A model generated the notes under the pieces. It was not told the DNA's origin and made no database searches. It saw nothing but the letters and a program-made list of their open reading frames with translations. From NCBI GenBank assembly GCA_000384935.1, contig ARRA01000002.1, forward strand, positions 70,162-134,161: a stretch of 64,000 bases of DNA, given 5' to 3'. The stretch is from a gamma proteobacterium SCGC AAA076-P13. Lineage in GTDB: Bacteria > Pseudomonadota > Gammaproteobacteria > Magnimaribacterales > D2472. A program made the position numbers and the translations under genes. The first letter of the stretch is position 1. The number at the start of each line of letters is the position of its first letter. Below are positions 7,187 to 15,798 of the stretch, piece by piece.

Positions 7187-8287
7187 ATGAAACACTTATC
7201 TATTATTAAAACTTTTGCATTTATTTTGGTTTTTAGTCCTTTTCTGACGGCAGGCCATCATTCTAGCCATGAGCATAACTCTAAAACAAAATACGTTAGC
7301 TATAGCCAGATAGGCAATCCTGCTGATGTGCTTGAAGTAAAAACAGAAGCATTTCGTGCGCTAAATAAAGGAGAGGTTCGAGTGCAAGTATTAGCTGCAC
7401 CTATTAATCCTTCTGATGTATTACAGATTGCTGGAAATTATGGTGTTGACGCTATATTGCCTGCAAGACCAGGTAGTGAGGGTGTTGGCCGGGTTAAAGA
7501 AATATCTTCAGGAGTAAAGAGTTTAAAAGTTGGTCAGTTGGTACTTCTCGCTAGTGGAAGCACCTGGGCAGAAGAATTAGTGGGTCCTGTTGAGGGCTTT
7601 TTACCACTTCCTAATCTAGGCCCCATTAGTGCTGATGTAATTGAACAGCTTGCAATGTCTGCTGTTAACCCATTAACTGCATTACTAATGCTTACCTCTT
7701 TTAAAGATATTGAAGAGGGTCAATGGATTGCTCAAAGTGCTGCTAATTCTGCGGTTGGTGGTTATGTTATTCAATTAGCAAAACAGCGTGGCATTAAAAC
7801 TGTAAATATTGTTCGCCGAGAAGGTTTAGCTGACGACCTTAAAGCTAAAGGTGCAGATGTTGTTTTAATTGATGGGCCAGATCTTGCTGAACAAATAGCT
7901 GCAGCAACGGGTAATGCACCAATTGTATTAGCATTGGATCCTGTTGGTGGTGATACTTACGGTCGTCTAGCAGAGAGCTTAGGTTATGGAGGTACGTTAG
8001 TAACTTATGGAGTTTTGTCAGGCAAGCCTGCTACTCTTAATACAGGACAAGTTATTTTTAATGATACTCGCCTGAGAGGCTTTTGGCTTTATAAGTGGTA
8101 TCAGACAGCAACTATGAAGGATAAACAAGAAGCTTTTGGGCAGGTAATTCCTCTGATTGCTAATGGCACGTTAAAAGCTAACATTGATTCTCGCTTTACA
8201 GTTGATCAAATTGAGCAAGCTGTCACCCGTGCATGGGAAGGCGGAAGAAACGGTAAGGTGCTTATAGTCCCAAGGCCACTTGAGTAA
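7187..8287 (+). CDS. MDR-superfamily NAD(P)H oxidoreductase, 2-enoyl thioester reductase (ETR/MECR)-like, with hydrophobic His-rich N-terminal extension
   Basis: AAPINPSDV and SAANSAVGGYVIQLAK motifs. The first ~35 aa, MKHLSIIKTFAFILVFSPFLTAGHHSSHEHNS, look like a signal or anchor sequence. Confidence 0.75.
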   Translation: MKHLSIIKTFAFILVFSPFLTAGHHSSHEHNSKTKYVSYSQIGNPADVLEVKTEAFRALNKGEVRVQVLAAPINPSDVLQIAGNYGVDAILPARPGSEGVGRVKEISSGVKSLKVGQLVLLASGSTWAEELVGPVEGFLPLPNLGPISADVIEQLAMSAVNPLTALLMLTSFKDIEEGQWIAQSAANSAVGGYVIQLAKQRGIKTVNIVRREGLADDLKAKGADVVLIDGPDLAEQIAAATGNAPIVLALDPVGGDTYGRLAESLGYGGTLVTYGVLSGKPATLNTGQVIFNDTRLRGFWLYKWYQTATMKDKQEAFGQVIPLIANGTLKANIDSRFTVDQIEQAVTRAWEGGRNGKVLIVPRPLE

Positions 8288-8305
8288 TAGGATACACTAA
8301 TTAAT

Positions 8306-8803
8306 ATGGAACCAAATTTTGCAGCATTTCAACTAATAGGGCAAATCGCTTTAGGAATAATTGGTTTTTCTGCAATATTAATTGGCCTAAGCAGAACCTC
8401 TGAAGGGTTCTCAGGCCCAGATAATTTTAGAGTACAACTATTAACGTACTCTGCTTTTGGTGCTATGTTTGGTTCTATCATTCCATTTGCTATATTTAGC
8501 GGAGAAAATTTTGAAACTGCTTGGCTAATGTGTTTTTGGATTATGAGTATCTACTCAGTAATAGGATTAATAATATTCCCCAGAAAAATGCTTCATCTTA
8601 GATCTTTAGGGCATAAAGATATTTTTCCAATTAAATTATATTTGTTCCAAACAGGGATTCTCTCAACTATATTTGTACTGTCGTTATTAATGATAGTTAA
8701 TAACTTTTATGAGTCATCACAAATATATATTATTTGTTTGATGCTTTTTCTTGTTCAGAGTTCTGTAGCTTTTATTAGGACTATGTTTTTTAGAGTGAGT
8801 TAA
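8306..8803 (+). CDS. hypothetical membrane protein (~5 TM)
   Basis: Long ORF of hydrophobic helices. No recognised family. Confidence 0.5.
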   Translation: MEPNFAAFQLIGQIALGIIGFSAILIGLSRTSEGFSGPDNFRVQLLTYSAFGAMFGSIIPFAIFSGENFETAWLMCFWIMSIYSVIGLIIFPRKMLHLRSLGHKDIFPIKLYLFQTGILSTIFVLSLLMIVNNFYESSQIYIICLMLFLVQSSVAFIRTMFFRVS

Positions 8804-8826
8804 TTCAATACAGAATTTACAAGAAT

Positions 8827-9663
8827 TTATTTTTTAGTTTTGTCTTTTTTCAAGATAATAATTAAGCCTAAAATAGCTGGCCATCCACCTAATATAAATT
8901 CAGTAATAAATATCTGGTTATATTCTGTTCCATGAATATAGATAGCAACTAAGTTAAATATTGCTGCTCCAATAAATATAATTGAAGCTGAAAAAAACCA
9001 TGCTGGGTTTAGGGTGACCACTCCTATAATAGCAAACAAGAAAATAGCTAGAAAAAATGATGTGAAATCCCTTAGAAGAGCATTTTGTGCAGCACTAGAT
9101 AGATCATTTAATACAAAACCAAAATTAGCAGCTGCATTCACTGGTGTGAAAATCCATTCAAGTAACGATCCTAGAATTAAATAAGCATATAAAACACCTA
9201 AAAACCTAATAATAAATGTATAGCTTCTTTCTACAGAAACAAGAGAATAAAAGAAATAGCCTCCCAAAAAACCAGCTACACAGTGAAGTATCTTGCCTAT
9301 GATGCTTCTATCACCTCCTAATAAATATGTTAGAAATAATAGCTCAACCATCAAGAATAGCGCCATTCCAATGGCAACAGCTCCAGCAACTGCAAATAGA
9401 TACTTGCCACTATAAGAACTGTATCTAGAAATTAATCCAGCAACAGAAAAAGCTATACCAAAACCAATAATAACTACACCATATAAGGCAATTCCCAGTC
9501 TTTGAAAATCAAATAGAATAACTTCAATCCAAGTGATAAACCCTACTGGCATATCAGCGGACGTTAGCCAAATTAAGTTTGATATAGATGAAATAGGAGT
9601 CATGAACATTACTGTAAATAATGCTGCAGATAAAATGGCAAAAGGGTACTTTGCTATGTTCAT
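8827..9663 (-). CDS. hypothetical polytopic membrane protein (~8 TM)
   Basis: Hydrophobic 278-aa ORF. Its ATG shares one nt with the stop of the upstream sugar dehydrogenase gene. Confidence 0.55.
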   Translation of the reverse strand: MNIAKYPFAILSAALFTVMFMTPISSISNLIWLTSADMPVGFITWIEVILFDFQRLGIALYGVVIIGFGIAFSVAGLISRYSSYSGKYLFAVAGAVAIGMALFLMVELLFLTYLLGGDRSIIGKILHCVAGFLGGYFFYSLVSVERSYTFIIRFLGVLYAYLILGSLLEWIFTPVNAAANFGFVLNDLSSAAQNALLRDFTSFFLAIFLFAIIGVVTLNPAWFFSASIIFIGAAIFNLVAIYIHGTEYNQIFITEFILGGWPAILGLIIILKKDKTKK

Positions 9664-10745
9664 TATTCTGAAGGCAAGACTTTAATTAATTTACCCTTAG
9701 GCCCATCAGTCAGCAAATAAATTATCCCACTAGGTGAGGCTTGAATATTTCTTAGTCTTATATCAAGTTCAGAAAATAAACTCTCTTGGTTATCAACTTT
9801 ATCTTTAAAAGTAACTTTTTTTACATCTTTAGAAACCAATGCTGTTACTAAAAAGCTATTCTTTAATTCAGGATACACACCACCTTCATAATAAATCATG
9901 TCGGAAGGGGCGATAGATGGAGTCCAATGAAGTAGTGGCTGTTCCATACCTTCTTTTTCTGTAAAAGGGCTTATGATCGCACCAGAATAGTCTATTCCAT
10001 ATGTTATCGCAGGCCATCCATAATTTAATGCTGGTTCTACAAGGTTCATCTCATCACCCCCTCTAGGACCATGTTCATGCTCATAAATATCTCCAGAAGA
10101 AGTTACAACCAGACCTTGCATATTTCTATGACCATAAGAGTAGATTTCAGGAAGAGCATTCTTAGTATTTATAAAAGGGTTGTCCGATGGTACGGAACCA
10201 TCTTTATTAATTCTTATAATTTTTCCAAAATGGTTATCTAGTGTTTGAGCTTGTTCACGATGGTCGAACCCATCACCACTAGCTAATAAAATAGTACCAT
10301 CTTTTAAAAAAGCAATTTTTGCAGCCAAATGGACTGGCGATCTTCTAGGTGCCTTGGCTTCAAATAAAACTTTAGTATTAATTAATGAATTTTCTCTGAG
10401 TTCAGCTGATGATAAAAACAGTGTTGATTTTCCATTTTTGTCTTTAGCTGAATAGCTGAAGTAAATCATATTATTTGATTTAAAATCAGGGTCAAGAACC
10501 ACTTCTGACAATCCTCCCTGACCACCATACTGAACACTAGGAACATTGTTAATGTTGGTTATAGATTTATCTGTTAAAGAAGCAATTTTTAATTTTCCAG
10601 GCATTTCGGTATATAAAACTTTATCTTCGCTTAAAAATACTAAACTCCATGCATCATCCAAGTCATCTAAGATAGTTTCAAACTTATAGTCAGAAAATAC
10701 TGTACTAGAAAAAAATAATATACTTAAAATAACTTTTGTTTTCAT
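9663..10745 (-). CDS. PQQ-dependent soluble aldose/sorbosone dehydrogenase family (YliI-like), secreted
   Basis: Signal peptide MKTKVILSILFFSSTVFS. YSYGHRNMQGL and beta-propeller-type repeats. Confidence 0.8.
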   Translation of the reverse strand: MKTKVILSILFFSSTVFSDYKFETILDDLDDAWSLVFLSEDKVLYTEMPGKLKIASLTDKSITNINNVPSVQYGGQGGLSEVVLDPDFKSNNMIYFSYSAKDKNGKSTLFLSSAELRENSLINTKVLFEAKAPRRSPVHLAAKIAFLKDGTILLASGDGFDHREQAQTLDNHFGKIIRINKDGSVPSDNPFINTKNALPEIYSYGHRNMQGLVVTSSGDIYEHEHGPRGGDEMNLVEPALNYGWPAITYGIDYSGAIISPFTEKEGMEQPLLHWTPSIAPSDMIYYEGGVYPELKNSFLVTALVSKDVKKVTFKDKVDNQESLFSELDIRLRNIQASPSGIIYLLTDGPKGKLIKVLPSE

Positions 10746-10853
10746 ATTGCCCTATTGTTAATACCTTCCTTAATTATATACATAGACATGATTTTAACTA
10801 CAATGTTAATACATAAAAAAACATGATCAATTTTAAGAAAGGAAATATTTAAA

Positions 10854-11729
10854 ATGTTTAAATTTGAAGGAAGAACTGCAGTAATTAGTGGTGGAGCTGA
10901 GGGTATTGGTTTATCTATTGCCAAAGCATTAGGCGAGCAAAAGATGAATATAGTTCTTGCTGATATTGATGAAAAGAATCTACTTAAATCTACTGCAGAA
11001 TTGGAGTCACTAGGAATTCCTGTATTGTCTGCTTTATTGGATGTGGCTGATGAAATGCAATGGAAATCAGTTGCTGAAAAAGCAGTGGAACGATTTGGTA
11101 AGGTCCATATGGTTGTGAATAATGCCGGTGTTGGCGGTGATTCAGGACCTATAGAAAATCAAGAAACTGAAGGCTGGCAATGGGCACTAGGAGTAAATCT
11201 AATGGGAGTTGTTTATGGCGCAAAGGTAATGACTCCTCTTATTAAGGGCCATGGCGAAGGTGGTTGGATCTTAAATGTAGCTTCTATGGCAGGTATGGGC
11301 GGAGTTCCATATAGTGGAGCCTATACAGCAAGCAAGGCTGCTGTAGTTGCTTTGTCTGAAAGTTGGGCTGCAGAGCTAAAAGATAAACGAATTGGTGTAT
11401 CTGTTCTATGTCCTGCTTTTGTTCAAACTCGTATATATGATTCTGAAAGAAATCGACCGAATAAATACAAATCAGAAAACTATCAAATTGAAAATGAAAG
11501 CAGCTTTTCAAAACAAACAAAACAGATGGTGAAAGATGGTATTGATGTTTCTATTGTTGGTAAAAGAGTTGTTGAGGCTATTAATCATGGAGAGTTATAT
11601 ATCTTCACCCACCCTAATTACCGCCAAGTGAATCAACAAAGATTTAATGGTATTGATGAGGCCTTTGCAAGGTCTGCACAAAGTCGATTATTGAAAGATA
11701 TAGTTGATCAAAAAATTGATATGCTTTAA
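10854..11729 (+). CDS. SDR-family oxidoreductase
   Basis: ISGGAEGIGLSIA (TGxxxGxG-type) and YTASKAAV (YxxxK). Confidence 0.85.
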   Translation: MFKFEGRTAVISGGAEGIGLSIAKALGEQKMNIVLADIDEKNLLKSTAELESLGIPVLSALLDVADEMQWKSVAEKAVERFGKVHMVVNNAGVGGDSGPIENQETEGWQWALGVNLMGVVYGAKVMTPLIKGHGEGGWILNVASMAGMGGVPYSGAYTASKAAVVALSESWAAELKDKRIGVSVLCPAFVQTRIYDSERNRPNKYKSENYQIENESSFSKQTKQMVKDGIDVSIVGKRVVEAINHGELYIFTHPNYRQVNQQRFNGIDEAFARSAQSRLLKDIVDQKIDML

Positions 11730-11747
11730 TAAAAGGAGTAAATATAA

Positions 11748-12755
11748 ATGAAACAAATACAACTAATTAAACCAGGTGGTTTAGAAAATATATCAGTCTG
11801 TGATGCTGATGTACCTATGCCAAAATCTGATGAAGTTCTTATTAAAGTAGCAGCAAGTAGCTTAAATTATCATGATTTATTAGTTGCCCTTGGAGCTATT
11901 CCAACTGACGATAAGAGGGTTCCTTTGTCGGATGCAGCAGGAGAAATAATAGAAGTTGGCTCCGATGTTACTGAGTGGAAAGTTGGCGATAACGTAATGA
12001 GTGTATGTTTTCCAAATTGGCAAAGCGGTCCACCTAAGTATGAGCTATTAAGTTTTATTGGAGATCATGAGGACGGATATGCAACAGAATGCATTGCCAT
12101 TAAGGCATCTGCTATTACAAGAACTCCCAGTAATTTTGATTTAAAAGAATCAGCTACTTTGCCATGTGCTGGCCTTACTGCTTGGAGGGCATTGGTTGAT
12201 GACGGCAAACTTAAGGCTGGAGAAACAGTTTTGGTTCAAGGTACTGGAGGGGTTTCTATTTTTGCATTGCAACTAGCCAAATCTATGGGTGCGAAAGTTA
12301 TTGCAACCTCGTCTTCTGCAGAAAAATTAGAAAAACTTAAAGCTTTAGGCGCTGATGAGCTTATAAACTACAAAGAAACACCTGAGTGGGGCAAAGAGGT
12401 TTTAGCTAAGACCAATAATGAAGGGGTTGATCATGTCATTGAAGTCGGTGGCGGTGGTACTTTTGCAGAATCTGTAAGAGCTGCAAAGCTAGGAGGTCAT
12501 ATTGCTCTTATTGGTGTTTTAAGTGGACCGTCTGCTAGTGAGATTGTATTGCCAAGGATATTTTTAAAACAAATTAGACTAAGTGGCATTTCAATGGCAA
12601 ATAAAGATTCTCAATTGGCTATGATTGATTACTTAGAAAAAACTGACATTAAGCCGGTGATAAGTGATACTTTTGACTTATCTGAATTAGCAGCAGCTTT
12701 CCAACATCAAATAGATAATAAACATTTTGGAAAAATATCTATAACGATGGGTTAA
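11748..12755 (+). CDS. MDR-family zinc-type alcohol dehydrogenase / quinone oxidoreductase
   Basis: VQGTGGVSIFALQLAK nucleotide-binding motif and a GroES-like N-terminus. Confidence 0.8.
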   Translation: MKQIQLIKPGGLENISVCDADVPMPKSDEVLIKVAASSLNYHDLLVALGAIPTDDKRVPLSDAAGEIIEVGSDVTEWKVGDNVMSVCFPNWQSGPPKYELLSFIGDHEDGYATECIAIKASAITRTPSNFDLKESATLPCAGLTAWRALVDDGKLKAGETVLVQGTGGVSIFALQLAKSMGAKVIATSSSAEKLEKLKALGADELINYKETPEWGKEVLAKTNNEGVDHVIEVGGGGTFAESVRAAKLGGHIALIGVLSGPSASEIVLPRIFLKQIRLSGISMANKDSQLAMIDYLEKTDIKPVISDTFDLSELAAAFQHQIDNKHFGKISITMG

Positions 12756-12770
12756 CCAGAATATTTTAAT

Positions 12771-13388
12771 ATGAGAAGTGCTACTGAGGTATTTGGGCAA
12801 TGGTTAGAAGAGGGTAAGGATATTGGTATGCAGAATGGGCATACTATCTCTGTTCAAAATATGACTGATTTTGCATTGCAAGAAAGAGTTGATATTGGAG
12901 ACAACTTCAGTTTTTTAGACCTAGGTTGCGGAAATGGCTGGGTTGTAAGGCAAATAGCTAAACATAATTTATGCAATAAGGCGGTTGGGATCGATGGAGC
13001 CGAACAGATGATCAAAGCTGCAATTTCAAGAGGCGGTGATGAGGAATATTTTACTGCTGATATTAATAGTTTTCATTCATTAAAAAAATATGACCTGATT
13101 CACTCTATGGAAGTTTTATATTATTTAAAAAATCCTACTGATGTTATAAATAATATTGCAAAATCATGGCTGAATGATGGAGGAAGATTTATAGCTGGCA
13201 TAGATCTTTATTATGAGAATATAGACTCACATTCTTGGCAAGAAAAAGTTGGTACGCCAATGCTCATGCTAAAAGAATCTGAATGGATAGATATTTTTAA
13301 AATGTCCGGATTGCAAAATATAACTTCATGGAGAGCAAATCAAGATAAAGATTGGCCAGGCACACTTGTATTAACTGGAACAAAATAA
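12771..13388 (+). CDS. class I SAM-dependent methyltransferase
   Basis: Motif I FLDLGCGNGWV. Confidence 0.8.
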   Translation: MRSATEVFGQWLEEGKDIGMQNGHTISVQNMTDFALQERVDIGDNFSFLDLGCGNGWVVRQIAKHNLCNKAVGIDGAEQMIKAAISRGGDEEYFTADINSFHSLKKYDLIHSMEVLYYLKNPTDVINNIAKSWLNDGGRFIAGIDLYYENIDSHSWQEKVGTPMLMLKESEWIDIFKMSGLQNITSWRANQDKDWPGTLVLTGTK

Positions 13389-13390
13389 CT

Positions 13391-14329
13391 ATGAACTACT
13401 TTAGGCCTTTATATCCATATATTTTTGTATTACTAATACTTTTATCTACTTCTGCATTCCATGCTATTAGTCTTATAAATGCATTGGGGCAAGCTATTCT
13501 TTTTACTTTTGTCGTTTGTATACCTATCTGGAAAACAGGACGAATGAGCTATGTTGATATTGGTTGGCCCTGGGGGCTGGTATTGCTTGGATTAATAAGC
13601 TTTGTTTTTAGCGATGGGTACTGGTTAAGATCCTTAGTTGTTAGCGGGGTGGTTATAGTGATTGGTCTTCGTATGGGTCTTGGTGCCCTAAAAATGTGGC
13701 AACTAGGCCTTCTAGATAGAGAATTTCCAAGGTACCAATATCAACGTGTTTTATGGAAGGAAGAGGGCAAAGAAAATACTGCATTGGCTTTACAGATTGA
13801 TGCTATATCCCAGGGTTTGGCAAATGCATCTTTTCTCGCACTCCCAGTTTTTTTAATAGCCTCAAATGGTTCTCAAAACTTTTCCTTAATCGAATTTGTT
13901 GGCTTAGTAATTTTTATTGTAGCCTTCACTATGGAGTCTGTTGCTGATTATCAAAAACTAGCTTTTTTAACAAAGATGAAAAAAGAAGGCAAGCAAAAAC
14001 AAGTTTGCAATGTTGGGTTGTGGAAGTTTTGCAGGCATCCTAATTATTTTGCAGAGTGGATGGTATGGAACGGTGTCTTAATTGCAGCAATTCCTTCATT
14101 GCTTGCTATTGATCCTTTAAGTATAAATTTATTGGGCAATAATTTTAACGACAGCCTTTGGCTTACATTTGCATGCTTAGTTTATGCATCATGGGCCATG
14201 TATAAAACTTTGGTTTATACCACTGGCGCAGTTCCATCTGAGTACTATTCAGTTCAAAAAAGACCAGGCTATAAAGAATACCAACAACAAACAAATAGAT
14301 TTTTTCCTGGGCCAAGAAAGTTAAATTAA
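13391..14329 (+). CDS. DUF1295 / steroid 5-alpha-reductase-like membrane protein
   Basis: FCRHPNYFAEWMVW motif, polytopic. ATG at 13391 preferred over the track start at 13352, which overlaps the methyltransferase. Confidence 0.75.
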   Translation: MNYFRPLYPYIFVLLILLSTSAFHAISLINALGQAILFTFVVCIPIWKTGRMSYVDIGWPWGLVLLGLISFVFSDGYWLRSLVVSGVVIVIGLRMGLGALKMWQLGLLDREFPRYQYQRVLWKEEGKENTALALQIDAISQGLANASFLALPVFLIASNGSQNFSLIEFVGLVIFIVAFTMESVADYQKLAFLTKMKKEGKQKQVCNVGLWKFCRHPNYFAEWMVWNGVLIAAIPSLLAIDPLSINLLGNNFNDSLWLTFACLVYASWAMYKTLVYTTGAVPSEYYSVQKRPGYKEYQQQTNRFFPGPRKLN

Positions 14330-14348
14330 GCCTATTACTTTCTTATTT

Positions 14349-15650
14349 TTATGGCAAAAATATAAATTTAGCTAAAAAAATGACAGCTAAAAACCAAGCT
14401 CCTGAAGAAATATTCTTCATTTCACCTGAAGATATCTTCATTACAACATAAGCAATAAAACCAAGAGCTATGCCATTGGCAATAGAAAAAGTTAGAGGAA
14501 TCATTATTATCATAATGAGTGCAGGTAGAAGTTCGCTTAAATCGGACCAATCTAGTTTTTCCATGCCGCTCAGCATTAATATAGCAACATAAATTAAAGC
14601 TCCAGAAGTCGCATAAGCAGGAACAATTGCCGCAAGAGGTGAAAAGAAAATTGCTATTAAAAATAGAAAACCAACTACAACAGCAGTTAAACCAGTTCTT
14701 CCACCAGCCTCAACTCCCGCCGAGCTTTCAACATAACTTGTAACTGGTGCGCAGCCAAAAAATGAACCAAAAACACTTGAACTACTATCAGCCTTCAGAG
14801 CTTTATCTAAATTTAATATCTCTCCAGACTCATCTATTAATTTAGCTCTTGAGGCGACTCCCAGAAGAGTCCCCGCAGTATCAAATAAGTTAACAAAAAG
14901 AAAAGAGATTATGACGCTGATCATTGCTAGGTCTAAAGCTCCTAAAATATCTAACTTGATAAAAATTGGTGCAATGCTTGGCGGATAGGCAATAACGCCC
15001 TGAAATTGAACTAAATTAAAAAAAACGCCCAATAATGTGACACTGAGGACGCCAATTATAATAGCCCCGGAAACCTGTCTATTTGCTAAAACTGAAATAA
15101 GTAAAAAACCTACCGCCGATAGTAAAGTTTCTATATTCATAAAATTACCTAAGCTTACAAAGGTAGCATCATTGGCAACTATTATTCCGCCGCTCTTTAA
15201 GCCAATAAAGCCAATAAAAAGACCAACACCAGAACCCATAGCTATTCTTAAGTTCATTGGAATGCTATCTAACATCCACCTCCTTAGCGGAGTAACACTC
15301 ATTATCACAAATAATATTCCCGCCAAAAATACTGCACCTAATGCAACTTCCCACGTATATCCCATCTCACCAACAACTGTGTAAGTAAAGAAGGCATTAA
15401 GGCCCATTCCTGGAGCAAGACCAACCGGCCAGTTAGAGTAAATTCCCATTGCAAAACATGCTAGAGCTGCCGCAAGACAGGTTCCAACAAAGCTAGCTCC
15501 ATAATCCATGCCACTCGAAGCCATCATCTGAGGATTAACAAAAATAATGTATGCCATTGTAATAAAAGTCGTAAAACCTGCCAGCAATTCTCTTTGAAAA
15601 GTAGTATTATTAGATTTTAGTTTGAATGTTTTTTCTAATATAGAATTCAT
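14349..15650 (-). CDS. NCS2-family purine (adenine/guanine/hypoxanthine) permease, AzgA type
   Basis: GFTTFITMAYIIFVNPQM and 12-14 TM helices. The second Met (15650) is the likelier start; the track start is 15680. Confidence 0.85.
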   Translation of the reverse strand: MNSILEKTFKLKSNNTTFQRELLAGFTTFITMAYIIFVNPQMMASSGMDYGASFVGTCLAAALACFAMGIYSNWPVGLAPGMGLNAFFTYTVVGEMGYTWEVALGAVFLAGILFVIMSVTPLRRWMLDSIPMNLRIAMGSGVGLFIGFIGLKSGGIIVANDATFVSLGNFMNIETLLSAVGFLLISVLANRQVSGAIIIGVLSVTLLGVFFNLVQFQGVIAYPPSIAPIFIKLDILGALDLAMISVIISFLFVNLFDTAGTLLGVASRAKLIDESGEILNLDKALKADSSSSVFGSFFGCAPVTSYVESSAGVEAGGRTGLTAVVVGFLFLIAIFFSPLAAIVPAYATSGALIYVAILMLSGMEKLDWSDLSELLPALIMIIMIPLTFSIANGIALGFIAYVVMKISSGEMKNISSGAWFLAVIFLAKFIFLP

Positions 15651-15798
15651 AGATATATTAAGTATTGATTTAGCACACAAACTATAAACTTATTAACAAT
15701 AAAAAAACAATTTAATTTTTTATTTGGCATAGCGATTGCATGTCAATAGATAATATTAACTTACATTTGCATATTAGCTATTATGCAGGGGAAACATA

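Noticed and set aside
10742-10924. 60-aa ORF across the sGDH/SDR promoter region, and similarly 20479-20664
   Set aside because: They overlap the start of well-supported genes on the opposite strand and have no motifs. Likely spurious.
13352-13390. Upstream extension of the DUF1295 ORF overlapping the methyltransferase by 37 nt
   Set aside because: The extension (MARHTCINWNKIT) is not hydrophobic or family-like. The ATG at 13391 starts directly with the first TM segment.
15681-15798. Fur box or purine riboswitch between the purine permease and the TonB receptor
   Set aside because: The best Fur-like stretch (GATAATATTAACTTACATT) matches only ~11/19 consensus positions. No purine-riboswitch core (UAUAAU...GUUUCUACC...) is present.
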